Source: a virus. Taken from it: DNA of 64,000 nt. Position numbers and translations under genes: made by a program. The notes beneath the pieces are model-generated. The model saw only the letters and a list, made by a program, of their open reading frames with translations. It ran no database searches and was not told the DNA's origin. The stretch lies in IMG/VR virus record IMGVR_UViG_3300008952_003529; one strand, written 5' to 3'. Every line of letters begins with the position of its first letter. Position 1 is the first letter of the stretch. Below, one piece after another: positions 38,871-48,488 of the stretch.

Positions 38871-39877
38871 GACGTTTTAATCCTGAAATGATTGGTGATA
38901 GAATTGCACGTCTACTGCTACTGGAACAGGGTTTTGCTGGCGATGAAAAAAAGCGCCAAGAAAAATTATCTGGAAAAATAGACAAGCTTAAACTTCGAGC
39001 CCCGGAAGATTCCGCAGAAGAGAAAATCACTGATGAAGAAGACGAAGATGAAGAAGCAGTTGAAGCAAAGCCGAAGCCAGACGTAGAAGCTGGGGAGGAG
39101 AAAGCAGCTGCCGATGCAGAAGCAGAGGAGGATGCGGGTAATGAAGAAGAAGATGTTGAGGATGGCGCTAAATCCACCGGTGGTCAGGGGGAGGAGTTTG
39201 AAGTAAGCGCTCCGTCGTATATTCCAACACAGCTTAACATAAAAGACATCGAACGGCAACTAAACAATCTCAGGGCAGGTAAGAGTCTAAAAGATAAAGA
39301 AATATCGACAGAGCTAGAAACGTATTTTGCAGAACTGGGCCAAGGCGAACAACAGGCACTCTTTACATACCTCGCATCGCTTGCCGCTATTATGACTGGT
39401 GGCACTTCTGGCGCTGCTGCACCTCGTCCACAAAATCTCGATGTTGATATTGAGATCGCCCCCCAAACAGGCTCTGACAGTTTAGAAAAAGTTCGATATG
39501 ATAATGCTCGGCAAAGAAAGAAAGCAAAGCACAAAGGTACTGTTGATCTCGCAGCCCCCATTGTCGTGGGAGAGCAAGCAAACAAATACAGTGAATTAAA
39601 GTCGGTCTTTGAGAATTCTTCGTATGGTGATAGTCATCGATGTGTTAGCGGTAAGACGGTACCCTTCGGCAGCCAGCAATGCGTTGATGATCTGGATAAT
39701 CGCATTGGTGACCTTACAGATCAACGTGACAGCTTAGCTGGTGGAACTGCTGACAGAGCCAGTCTTAATGGTACGTTAAAATATCTACGTCAGAAGAGAC
39801 GCCGGGCAGGGAAGGTCGCTGATCAAGCGAGCCAAGAGAAAGTACAAGGCAGGCTGAATTTAGCAGATGAGGCGTAA
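38867..39877 (+). CDS. Acidic hypothetical protein
   Basis: Long ORF; start placed at ATG 38867 from the ATGA overlap. Confidence 0.7.
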   Translation: MRRFNPEMIGDRIARLLLLEQGFAGDEKKRQEKLSGKIDKLKLRAPEDSAEEKITDEEDEDEEAVEAKPKPDVEAGEEKAAADAEAEEDAGNEEEDVEDGAKSTGGQGEEFEVSAPSYIPTQLNIKDIERQLNNLRAGKSLKDKEISTELETYFAELGQGEQQALFTYLASLAAIMTGGTSGAAAPRPQNLDVDIEIAPQTGSDSLEKVRYDNARQRKKAKHKGTVDLAAPIVVGEQANKYSELKSVFENSSYGDSHRCVSGKTVPFGSQQCVDDLDNRIGDLTDQRDSLAGGTADRASLNGTLKYLRQKRRRAGKVADQASQEKVQGRLNLADEA

Positions 39878-39880
39878 AGC

Positions 39881-40774
39881 GTGTTATTTAAGCCCACCCC
39901 ATACCTTTGGTCTCTTGAGGGTTTGACGTTAAATGAATTAGCAGAAGTAGCTGATACGCTATCTCATTCTTCTGTTCCAGTAAGACCAATTTTTGAGTGC
40001 GTAAAAGTCTACATTAAATTAGACGAAAATTCTAATGTACGATATGCGCGTCATATTAACGATTTTTTAGGGCTTGACAAAGTCGCCGTAGTTTCCAGAA
40101 TAAAAGACCCGATGGTTCGGGAAGCTGTGGAAGATGCACTAAATTACGTAGAGCAGACCATTAAGACCTATTGGCCTTTCCGTCCAGGTTCTTCGACATG
40201 GTGTTTATTGGAAATTTTAGACCCAAAAATCAATATAGCTGGCATGGAAAATCCACGTAGAATTATAATCCGAGAAGCAACTAGAATAGATATCAAGGGC
40301 TCTTTTTCAAAGTCACCATTGTTGGAAAGGATGTTCAGCAGAATGAAGGTTGATATAACGCGGGATGAGGATCCTGTCTATGTTGTCGACCCGATTGTCT
40401 ATCTTCGAAATATTAGTGGGACGGGTGTCTATACAGAGCTCAAAGCAGACCTCATCGGTATCGCTGCCCTTGAGGGTGGAATGGAATTAAGAGTTGAAGA
40501 ATTATCAAAAACATCTCAGAGTTATCTGGTGGAAGCTGTAAAGCGTTTTTCTGACGGACTGTTTTTAGGGAATTCTGAGTTTATATTATCTGAGACAGTA
40601 ATTCATGAAGAGAAACAGTTTTATTTAGAGTCTTTTCCAGGAATAAATGTGGAATTGGGTGCACGCGCATTCCGTCTTTCTGGGTCATTTTTAAGACGAA
40701 AAGATAAAATTGTGGCAAAAAGACGTAAGGCAAAAAAAACGTTTTTCCCGCCGCTTATGGCATGGAGGTCATAG
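39881..40774 (+). CDS. Hypothetical protein
   Basis: 297-aa ORF, GTG start 3 nt after the upstream stop. Confidence 0.65.
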   Translation: MLFKPTPYLWSLEGLTLNELAEVADTLSHSSVPVRPIFECVKVYIKLDENSNVRYARHINDFLGLDKVAVVSRIKDPMVREAVEDALNYVEQTIKTYWPFRPGSSTWCLLEILDPKINIAGMENPRRIIIREATRIDIKGSFSKSPLLERMFSRMKVDITRDEDPVYVVDPIVYLRNISGTGVYTELKADLIGIAALEGGMELRVEELSKTSQSYLVEAVKRFSDGLFLGNSEFILSETVIHEEKQFYLESFPGINVELGARAFRLSGSFLRRKDKIVAKRRKAKKTFFPPLMAWRS

Positions 40775-41008
40775 GTGACCCATGACGAAATTCTTGAGGA
40801 AGCTGTGAGTCTTGGTAGAGCCTGTGAAATAAGCGACTGGATGGACTTAAAGAAGATTCTGTTGGTAAGCATCCCTTCACCCGCGAGGAAAAATTTCTCG
40901 ATAAGAGACCCAAAGACGAAAAGACAGCAGTTAAATGATTTTGAACACTGGCTAATAGATAATTACTACCAGCAGGTGGGCATAAAGCTTAGGTTTAAAG
41001 AGCAATGA
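40775..41008 (+). CDS. Hypothetical protein
   Basis: GGAGG RBS; abuts both neighbours. Confidence 0.6.
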   Translation: MTHDEILEEAVSLGRACEISDWMDLKKILLVSIPSPARKNFSIRDPKTKRQQLNDFEHWLIDNYYQQVGIKLRFKEQ

Positions 41009-42339
41009 GAATGAGCGCAGACGAACGGTTTATACGAGAACAGATTCGAAAGATTCTTCATGAGTCTTCTTCACCGTTGTTATTAGAGAACCAATTTGGT
41101 GATTTCGCGTCTACCAGTGATATGTACAAAACATTTATTGCTCCGTTTACGAATGTGCTTAAGGTAGCCAAGACCGCATTTAAAGATATTACATCATCGA
41201 CGATTACTACATTACGACACAACTTTTCATTTGATAATGACTTTCGTAAGAAGATGGCTGCAAAGCAACGTTCTGACCGAGATAAGTACAAGCAAGAATA
41301 TGAGACAGTAATGAAAGACATCAATGCTTCGCTTGAGACAGGCGACGCCGCGCTTTTGATGTTCATGGCAAACCCAGGAGTAATGATTGGAAAAGCTATG
41401 TTCGATCAAGCGGCAGACATTGGTGAACCTGTTATCGATTTTACAAAAGAAAAAATGGGAATGTTTAGTCCTGAGCTGGACACGCTGTACCGAGACGTAC
41501 AAACGACGTCTAATACTGGAAAGGGACCAGTACGAGGTCTTTTAGGAGATCTCAAGTCGCTATTCTTTGGAGAAGGGTATCAGCACGGGCCTCTTCTTGA
41601 GGAAGAAGAAAAAGAAGAGGAACCGAAAAAAGAAGATGAAGCCGTGGAGCTTTCTGAACAGGAAGCGCTGGAGATGATTGATAAAGCAATCCAGAGCTCG
41701 AGCTGGGGCCAGCAATTAGAGAAAGATGCCCAAGAGTTTGTTGAGAATAAAGCACAACAAATTGAAGAAGTGAAGCAGAATGTCAAAGACCAAATGGCCA
41801 CATTGAATGCACTAGTTTCAGCCAACAGCTTAGAAGAAATGGTCCCGCCATTCAACGCTTTAAAGACAATGGGCGTTGATTTGTCACAGCAAATGAGCGA
41901 AGTGGAAAAGCTTGTTTCTTCTGCTAAAGAGCGTCTTATTGGAACGGGGGAACCTGTAGCTACGAAACCAGCAGAAGAAGAGAGTCAGAAAAAACCAGTC
42001 CAAGAAGATGATGAAGCGCTACCAGAGAAGCAAACCCAGACTCCCAATGAAGAAGCACAGACGATGATGGACGAGCTTAGAAAAACACCCGAAGGGAAAA
42101 ACCTTCCAAAAGACGCGAAGCCAGAAGACTTCGTTCCTCTCTTAGAGAAGGGAATCATTGCAGCAGCATTTCAGGGTGGCGTCGGAGAGGCTCGCCAAGA
42201 GCTTTTACAGAACGTTATGGATTTCGTTGCAGAGGACATGGGCCCAGCGGAGCTTAAAGATCTCGCAAAGACAAGCGCGCTCGGAAAAAAGTATTCTGAC
42301 CTCATTATGAACTTTGCTAAAGAGTTATCAGAACTTTAG
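41005..42339 (+). CDS. Leader-bearing acidic hypothetical protein
   Basis: ERFIREQIRKILHES near the N-terminus; 444-aa ORF. Confidence 0.72.
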   Translation: MRMSADERFIREQIRKILHESSSPLLLENQFGDFASTSDMYKTFIAPFTNVLKVAKTAFKDITSSTITTLRHNFSFDNDFRKKMAAKQRSDRDKYKQEYETVMKDINASLETGDAALLMFMANPGVMIGKAMFDQAADIGEPVIDFTKEKMGMFSPELDTLYRDVQTTSNTGKGPVRGLLGDLKSLFFGEGYQHGPLLEEEEKEEEPKKEDEAVELSEQEALEMIDKAIQSSSWGQQLEKDAQEFVENKAQQIEEVKQNVKDQMATLNALVSANSLEEMVPPFNALKTMGVDLSQQMSEVEKLVSSAKERLIGTGEPVATKPAEEESQKKPVQEDDEALPEKQTQTPNEEAQTMMDELRKTPEGKNLPKDAKPEDFVPLLEKGIIAAAFQGGVGEARQELLQNVMDFVAEDMGPAELKDLAKTSALGKKYSDLIMNFAKELSEL

Positions 42340-42395
42340 TTTTCATTTTCTAATTTGTGCTTATAATAGAGTAAGACACATTCAGGAGATGTATT

Positions 42396-42755
42396 ATGAA
42401 CGAAGAAAGACAGTGGATTCCCGAAATCTGCTATGAAGAAGTTGAAGATGGGTTGACATCACATATCCCGTTTATTGAAGTGCCCGATACTGCAGAAATG
42501 CCAAGGGTACTTTTTATTTTTGAGTCTACCAATACAGGAGAGACCGAGCCCGGATTGGACGGGGAGGAGGTCCCCATTGTGGAGCTTAATCTTCATCAAT
42601 ATGCGAATATGAATACTTTACGTGATCAATTACCGACGAGCATTTATGATACAATAAGGCAAGCGCTTGGATTAGATCCGCTGGCGACTGCCGTCACCGA
42701 AGGGAAAAAGATCACAGAAAACATTCGAAGCAATCTCGATCAAAATGTTGAGTAG
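42396..42755 (+). CDS. Hypothetical protein
   Basis: AGGAG RBS; TATAAT at 42362. Confidence 0.7.
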   Translation: MNEERQWIPEICYEEVEDGLTSHIPFIEVPDTAEMPRVLFIFESTNTGETEPGLDGEEVPIVELNLHQYANMNTLRDQLPTSIYDTIRQALGLDPLATAVTEGKKITENIRSNLDQNVE

Positions 42756-42815
42756 CGTGTAAATTGAGCTGTTTTATGGTAAAATAATACTATAGCAACA
42801 GCAGTGGAGGTTTGT

Positions 42816-43490
42816 ATGCTACAATCATATCTTACGAGATCAGCCGCAATAGGCGCAGTTGATAATATTATGACATTTGCAGACGACATGCAGAAGACTT
42901 ATCAAAGACATGGCATCAATCTTGGAGCTGATGTCGGCCGACAAAACATTATTTTGTCACCAGCACAAGAGCACTTCTTTGCTGACGCAATTAGGATGGC
43001 GGTCGGAGCATGTCGAAATGATGGTCGAACTGGTGAGCCTGATATCATTATCACCGCGCTTGATAATCGTGAGCTGGAATGTAAGGTGGTCTGTAAGGGC
43101 AAGGCCGGTTCATGGCATCTTCAGGCCGACCGTAAATCTTTAGAAGCTGGTGGAAGTTTAGATTTCCTCTATCTTCTCTTTGATCGTACATACGAGAATG
43201 TGGGGGTTTTCCTTTTTAAAGATTTAGTATATGATGATTTTAAGGTCCCTTCTCCGGGATCAAGGGGAAAATCACGTATGAATAAAAAGTCAGCTTTTAA
43301 GAAGTGTGTTCCCTTAATCGGTGGATTTTATGACAAGCGAGAGCATTATCTTAAGCGATACGAGAATGATCTTAAGTCGGCGACGACGATTTATGAGGTG
43401 GGGAAAGCAAAGCAAAAATTGGAACTGTGGACAAACAAAGAGCCCCAGATCTCCATTACACTGGAGCCAATAGATGAAATTAGAACCTGA
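42816..43490 (+). CDS. Putative PD-(D/E)xK endonuclease
   Basis: GEPDIII...ELECK motif; GGAGG RBS before ATG 42816; GTGTAA-17 bp-TAAAAT promoter-like sequence upstream. Confidence 0.5.
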   Translation: MLQSYLTRSAAIGAVDNIMTFADDMQKTYQRHGINLGADVGRQNIILSPAQEHFFADAIRMAVGACRNDGRTGEPDIIITALDNRELECKVVCKGKAGSWHLQADRKSLEAGGSLDFLYLLFDRTYENVGVFLFKDLVYDDFKVPSPGSRGKSRMNKKSAFKKCVPLIGGFYDKREHYLKRYENDLKSATTIYEVGKAKQKLELWTNKEPQISITLEPIDEIRT

Positions 43491-43875
43491 ACAAGACTTT
43501 GAAGTAGGACAAGTTGTCTTTTTTATAGCAAGTAAAACAGAATCGGTGATACCCGCACTTGTCGCAGAGAAAATTGTAAGAACTAGAATTGATGGTGCTC
43601 AAATAGCTTACGTGTTGCATATTAACACCCCCAAAGGGTTAAAGGAGCATGAGGTAAATCCAGGAAAAACAAGACTTTATGCAAGCTTGGAAGAAGTCCG
43701 GATGACAATGATGTCATCTGCTGAGACCGCTATCGGTCACCTTATAGCCGCGGCCTCTGCTGCTGCATCAGAGCTGGGTGGTAATATAAAGCAAGAAATT
43801 CCCCCACCAGAAATAGGAGAAGTGGCTCAGGTCACTTTAGATGATGGGCGTGTTGCAAAAATTAGGATGACTTAG
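43474..43875 (+). CDS. Hypothetical protein
   Basis: Overlaps the upstream gene; FEVGQVVFF SH3-like start. Confidence 0.65.
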   Translation: MKLEPEQDFEVGQVVFFIASKTESVIPALVAEKIVRTRIDGAQIAYVLHINTPKGLKEHEVNPGKTRLYASLEEVRMTMMSSAETAIGHLIAAASAAASELGGNIKQEIPPPEIGEVAQVTLDDGRVAKIRMT

Positions 43876-43877
43876 TT

Positions 43878-44720
43878 ATGAAGCACTTGATTTTAGATGC
43901 AAATAATCTGATCTTTAGAGCTCGCCACTCATGCTATAGACGTACGTATGAGAATGTTATCGTTCATGCATTTTTTCGTAGTCTAAAACCCATAATAGAA
44001 AAGTTTTCTCCGGATTTTGTATACTTCGTTTTAGATGGAAAACCAAAGAAGCGTTTAGCGGCGTTGCCTGAGTATAAGGCCAACCGCGTTTATCATGATA
44101 AAGATAATTTTGGTGCGCAACGAAAGGAAATCATTCGAATAATTCGTACCGATTTTCCATTTGTGACACTGCGCCATCCAGAAGCTGAGGCAGATGATGT
44201 AATTGCGCATCTGGCCCTTGAGGCGATTCCCGAAGACCATGAAAAAATTATCGTTTCAAGTGACACAGACTTCATACAGTTGTGCCAAGACGCTCCTTGT
44301 ACCCAGCTTTATAATCCCATTTCAAAAAGCTTCCGTCCTGCGCCCTCATACCCATACGCAGTTTGGAAAGCATTTCGTGGCGATAGTTCAGATAACATTG
44401 CGGGGATTCGAGGTATTGGGAACAAGCGCGCTGCTGTCCTTGCTACGGATGAGAATGCCCGAAAAGCTTTTTTTGAAAAGCGCAGCGATGCAGAGGAAAT
44501 CTTTATTAGAAATGTTGAATTGATTGCCTTAACTGCATTTAATGACATATCGCCGTTGCAAATTTCATGGGGATCAAAAAACTTAGCAGCTATATTGGAT
44601 ACCTTTACTAACCTTGGTTTTAAGAGTATGATTAGTGAGAAGGCTTGGAAGAAATATTCTGCCCCATTTGAAGGATTAAACGATGGAACACAATACATTA
44701 TCAACAGAGATCTTAAATGA
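43878..44720 (+). CDS. Second 5'-3' exonuclease / flap endonuclease
   Basis: LILDANN, YKANR, AEADDVI, VSSDTDF, GDSSDNIAGIRGIG motifs. Confidence 0.9.
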   Translation: MKHLILDANNLIFRARHSCYRRTYENVIVHAFFRSLKPIIEKFSPDFVYFVLDGKPKKRLAALPEYKANRVYHDKDNFGAQRKEIIRIIRTDFPFVTLRHPEAEADDVIAHLALEAIPEDHEKIIVSSDTDFIQLCQDAPCTQLYNPISKSFRPAPSYPYAVWKAFRGDSSDNIAGIRGIGNKRAAVLATDENARKAFFEKRSDAEEIFIRNVELIALTAFNDISPLQISWGSKNLAAILDTFTNLGFKSMISEKAWKKYSAPFEGLNDGTQYIINRDLK

Positions 44721-44877
44721 GCTACGAAGCTCTGGGGTGATCACCCAAACTGAGGTTGTCTATAAAGAAGGGGACTTATTTGTCGCAAAAGATGTTGTCA
44801 CAAACGCAAAGCGTATTATTGAATATCGCGGGTCGATGGTCGAAGGCCAGAGCGGCAAGAGGCTTCTTAAGGGATGA
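44683..44877 (+). CDS. Small hypothetical protein
   Basis: 64-aa ORF coupled to groEL by an ATGA overlap; too short and lacking motifs to call GroES. Confidence 0.55.
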   Translation: MEHNTLSTEILNELRSSGVITQTEVVYKEGDLFVAKDVVTNAKRIIEYRGSMVEGQSGKRLLKG

Positions 44878-46466
44878 TAGATAGTTCATCTAAAATTATT
44901 AATTTTTCGGATGATTCTCGAGAAGCCGTAAAGGTCGGGGTTGATATGCTTAACTCTGCTGTTCGTGTGACAATGGGCCCTAGCGGAAAAAATGTCCTGA
45001 TTGAAAGAGACGGAACATCACCTATTTTGACGAAAGACGGGGTAACAGTCGCAAGAGCCATAAATCTTCGGGACCGATTTGCAAATATGGGCGTTCATCT
45101 AGTTCGTGAAGCAGCACAGCGTACAGCAGAAGAAGCAGGAGACGGCACAACAACCGCCACCGTCTTGGCTGCTGCGATCTTTCAGGAAGGCTTAAAGGCC
45201 CTTAACGCCGGACATGAACTTAATGATATTCGGACCGGTATCCGCGGCGCTACCCAGAAGCTAGTTAATGAGCTTAAGCGAAAATCCAGTCCAGTGAAAT
45301 CAGATAAAGACCTATTAAGAGTTGCCAATATCTCTGTTAATGGCGAGAGCGATCTTGCTGAGCTCATTGTTGATGCGCTAAAAGCTGTCGGTGAAACAGG
45401 TGTTGTCACTGTAGACGAAGCAAAGGGCTTTGAGTCATCACTAGAGGTTGTGGATGGGTGTGAGGTCGACAGAGGATATGTTTCACCTTATTTCATAAAT
45501 CGTCCATCTCGGATGTGCTGTGAGCTCGAAAACCCAGCTATTTTAATCACGACTCACAAAATTCATATGCTTAGTCATATTATACATTTTTTAGAAGAAG
45601 CGGCCCACACAAATCGCTCTATAATATTTATCTCTCCTGAAATAATGGGAGAAGCATTGCAGGCGGTCATCTTAAATCATTCGAAGAACCTTATTAGGTC
45701 TTGCGCATTAGCAGCGCCAGAGTTCGGTGATGCGAGAATAGAGGCATTACGAGACTTGTCTATTTTATTGGGCGGTCAGCTCTTAACTGATGAGCCATCA
45801 TCCTGGAAAAATTATACGTTGGAAAACTTGGGTCGTTGCGACCGGATGTTAGCGTATCGTTTCAGAAGTGTATTCATAGGCGCAGCTGGTAGCGTAGAAG
45901 CCAGAGAAGCCCGAATTCAAGATATCTTGAATGCCAGGAAAGAACACACGGCAAGTAGTGAAACAACAGCTTCTTTAGATCGTCGTGTAAGACGTATGAG
46001 CAGTGGAATTGGTATCCTTCGGGTGGGTGGAGCGACAGAAGCAGAGATCAGAGAAAGAAAAGATAGAGTCGATGATGCTATCTATGCAACACGAGCCGCA
46101 ATCGAAGAGGGCATCATCCCTGGCGGAGGGTCAATACTCGCTAGAATTGCGATGGAATTTTTAAAGAATGAGTCTTCGATCGGGGAAAAGATTTTGTATA
46201 AAGCAGCTACATCACCCTTAAAACAAATAGCTAGAAATTGTGGCGCTGTACCAGAGGTTATTTTAGAAAAAATGCTTGAAAAACCCTTTGCGTACGGATA
46301 TAATGGATTATCCAATGAAATATGCAATCTTAATAAATCTGGAATTGTTGATCCCGTCAAGGTCGCTCGTTTAGCGTTAACAAACGCTTCAAGTGTTGCG
46401 GTTAACCTATTATCGATTGGGTGTGCGATGGTCACTGATGAGGAGCAATCAAGCGAAAATGTCTAA
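44874..46466 (+). CDS. groEL: Group I chaperonin GroEL-like
   Basis: TMGPSGKNV, TKDGVTVA, AGDGTTTATV, DRGYVSPYF, VGGATE, EEGIIPGGG, GIVDP.KV; no GGM tail. Confidence 0.92.
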   Translation: MIDSSSKIINFSDDSREAVKVGVDMLNSAVRVTMGPSGKNVLIERDGTSPILTKDGVTVARAINLRDRFANMGVHLVREAAQRTAEEAGDGTTTATVLAAAIFQEGLKALNAGHELNDIRTGIRGATQKLVNELKRKSSPVKSDKDLLRVANISVNGESDLAELIVDALKAVGETGVVTVDEAKGFESSLEVVDGCEVDRGYVSPYFINRPSRMCCELENPAILITTHKIHMLSHIIHFLEEAAHTNRSIIFISPEIMGEALQAVILNHSKNLIRSCALAAPEFGDARIEALRDLSILLGGQLLTDEPSSWKNYTLENLGRCDRMLAYRFRSVFIGAAGSVEAREARIQDILNARKEHTASSETTASLDRRVRRMSSGIGILRVGGATEAEIRERKDRVDDAIYATRAAIEEGIIPGGGSILARIAMEFLKNESSIGEKILYKAATSPLKQIARNCGAVPEVILEKMLEKPFAYGYNGLSNEICNLNKSGIVDPVKVARLALTNASSVAVNLLSIGCAMVTDEEQSSENV

Positions 46467-46710
46467 AAAGCGAATGAGAGCAGAGCCATTTATGAAAGTG
46501 AATATGGAAAGTATTTCGTATATGCACGACCATAAGGTTGAAATGCTCTTAGAGAGATATAGGTTACGAAGAAGAACCAGCAACCGGGCATTTCACAAAG
46601 ATTTAGAAGAAGAAATTTGTTATATTTTTCGTGAACACGAGATTCGAAAGAGGAGAAAAATTGCGCACCAAGCTTATTTAAAGAAAAAGAATTTCCGCCG
46701 TGCAAAGTAA
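46459..46710 (+). CDS. Small basic hypothetical protein
   Basis: Start placed at ATG 46459 overlapping the groEL end; start uncertain. Confidence 0.5.
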   Translation: MSKKRMRAEPFMKVNMESISYMHDHKVEMLLERYRLRRRTSNRAFHKDLEEEICYIFREHEIRKRRKIAHQAYLKKKNFRRAK

Positions 46711-46720
46711 CGGTTAATTG

Positions 46721-46729
46721 TGGTATAAT
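46721..46729 (+). promoter_or_regulatory. Extended -10 promoter upstream of the sigma factor gene
   Basis: TGgTATAAT, with GTGCAA about 18 bp upstream. Confidence 0.5.
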
Positions 46730-46793
46730 AGTATTATAGAGTGATTTAGCCAATTGCTTTATTTTTCATTCACATATTCTTCAGGGGTAAATT

Positions 46794-47549
46794 ATGGCTC
46801 TAGACAATTATTTTCAAGACGTAGGTCAGCACGCTCTTCTCACTAGAGAAGAAGAAGTTGTGTTGGCAAAAGCAATAGAAGCGGGTGATAAATACGCCCG
46901 TGACAAGATGATCCAGTCAAATCTCAGACTGGCCATCTCAATCGCAAAAAACTTTCGAGATCGAGGGTGCTCATTTGAGGACCTAATCCAGGAGTCTAAT
47001 CTTGGTTTGATCAGGGCCGTGGATCGCTTCGATTGGCGCCGAGGCTTTAAGTTCAGCACCTATGCTGTGTGGTGGATTCGACAAGCGGTCCAGTCTCATG
47101 TTGCAGGCCAATCTGGCGCAATTAAAATGCCCACCTCTGCAAGAGCGCTCATGTACAAGGCGTACAAGTTCTCTGAAGAGTATCAGGAAGCATTTAAGTG
47201 CGAGCCCTCTCCAGAGGAGGTTGCCGAAGCGGTGGGCGTGCCAGTTCAAACGCTAAAAGCTATTCGGAAGTCGGGCGCGCCACAATTGTCGCTTGATGCA
47301 CCAGTCAGCAAGAGCGATTCTGGAAGCAGAACGTTTGCTGAGCTTGTGGGTGGGGTCGACGATAGAGACCCGGGGGACGATATGGACAAGGTCACTCTCC
47401 GAGGTGCCCTTGTTGAAGCGCTGATGAAGCTGTCACCGCGTGAAGAAAAGATCATTCGTCTTCGTTTTGGGCTTTCGGAAGAAGATACCGATTCGAAGAA
47501 TTTTCCAATTTCTAAGAAAGACTTTGTACGTCTTCAGAGGAGCCGTTAA
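46794..47549 (+). CDS. Sigma70-family RNA polymerase sigma factor lacking a recognisable region 4.2
   Basis: Region 1.2 YFQDVG..LLTREEE; region 2 [44 protein letters not shown]; region 3 SLDAP; ends soon after [15 protein letters not shown]. Confidence 0.9.
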   Translation: MALDNYFQDVGQHALLTREEEVVLAKAIEAGDKYARDKMIQSNLRLAISIAKNFRDRGCSFEDLIQESNLGLIRAVDRFDWRRGFKFSTYAVWWIRQAVQSHVAGQSGAIKMPTSARALMYKAYKFSEEYQEAFKCEPSPEEVAEAVGVPVQTLKAIRKSGAPQLSLDAPVSKSDSGSRTFAELVGGVDDRDPGDDMDKVTLRGALVEALMKLSPREEKIIRLRFGLSEEDTDSKNFPISKKDFVRLQRSR

Positions 47550-47550
47550 C

Positions 47551-47835
47551 ATGAGTATGCCAAAAGGGTTTAAAGCACAACATGGATATGCGACCGTCGC
47601 AGATCGAGGCGGGAAGGGTTATCGAGAAATCGCTGAAATCATGACCAGCGAAGGAGACTCAATGAAGCATTCTGCTGCCAGAAATTATTTCCTAAGTGGA
47701 ATGCGGAAGGTGGCGACTGTAGTTTGTGATCTTTACGAAATGACAGATGCGGAGATTGATCGAATTGCGCTCGATCCTCGATTTCAGGAAAGCGTTGCAG
47801 ACATCATGTCCGAGGTAAAAGGAATCGATTTGTGA
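47551..47835 (+). CDS. Small helix-turn-helix protein (sigma region 4-like)
   Basis: AGAGGAG RBS; ATG 1 nt after the sigma stop; GYREIAEIM...HSAARNYFLSGMRK HTH-like pattern. Confidence 0.6.
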   Translation: MSMPKGFKAQHGYATVADRGGKGYREIAEIMTSEGDSMKHSAARNYFLSGMRKVATVVCDLYEMTDAEIDRIALDPRFQESVADIMSEVKGIDL

Positions 47836-48170
47836 TTTTAGCAACATTTATAAGACAAGTCCAGCAGCTCCGTGATCATACGGAGCTGCTGGAATGCCTG
47901 AATTGGGACGAAGAGCTTACAGACAATTTTGTGAATGAGCTTCAAGTGATGCTAATGGTAGCACCCCCAAATTTAGAAAAAGCATTATTTTGGTTACAGA
48001 ACACTCCTTGGGAGTGTTTTGAGGGTGGAAAGATGCCCGATAATGTTTTTCAGACTGTGGAAATACTTATTACTAGAACACGTAATCAATTGATAGTTGA
48101 AGAAGCTGCAAGGGATAGACATGGCTCTTTTGCAGCCGGTTCGTGGGGAGATGAGGATGACTGGAATTAG
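47832..48170 (+). CDS. Hypothetical protein
   Basis: GTGA overlap with the upstream stop. Confidence 0.6.
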   Translation: MILATFIRQVQQLRDHTELLECLNWDEELTDNFVNELQVMLMVAPPNLEKALFWLQNTPWECFEGGKMPDNVFQTVEILITRTRNQLIVEEAARDRHGSFAAGSWGDEDDWN

Positions 48171-48480
48171 TGGACGAACATTTGAGCAGTGGATTTTTCG
48201 CCGGAAAATTAATCTAAAAGAGTGGCTTGAAAATCATTCGATTAAAACAATCGATGAATTGAATGAGTGGTGCAAGAAGAGCAATCTTTTGCTACCCACA
48301 TCTCCAGTTGTGCTAAGCCATCTTCAAGCGCCGATCGCTACAGAGACTATTGTAAAAAGTAGCAAGAAGAAAGTCAAGCAGTCATTAAAGAAGCGTCGTA
48401 GCTCTAAGCAGGCTGATGAAGTAATAGACAAAGCTTGGCACACTCCCGCTGCCGAACGGCCAAGACGAAAGAAAAAATAG
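48157..48480 (+). CDS. Hypothetical protein with basic C-terminus
   Basis: Start placed at ATG 48157; Lys/Arg-rich tail. Confidence 0.6.
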   Translation: MTGISGRTFEQWIFRRKINLKEWLENHSIKTIDELNEWCKKSNLLLPTSPVVLSHLQAPIATETIVKSSKKKVKQSLKKRRSSKQADEVIDKAWHTPAAERPRRKKK

Positions 48481-48488
48481 GAGAGATT

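Noticed and set aside
30402-39585. Long antisense ORFs (e.g. 30963-31538, 33013-33378, 38749-39177, 39184-39585)
   Set aside because: They are Ser/Pro-rich shadows of acidic low-complexity + strand genes, with no RBS or motifs. The same applies to those at 58954-59576.
44683-44877. GroES candidate upstream of groEL
   Set aside because: It is only 64 aa, with no PL.DRV or mobile-loop GGI motif.
47440-47835. Programmed frameshift fusing sigma to the downstream HTH ORF
   Set aside because: No clear slippery site was seen, and the downstream ATG has its own strong RBS. Two genes is the simpler reading.
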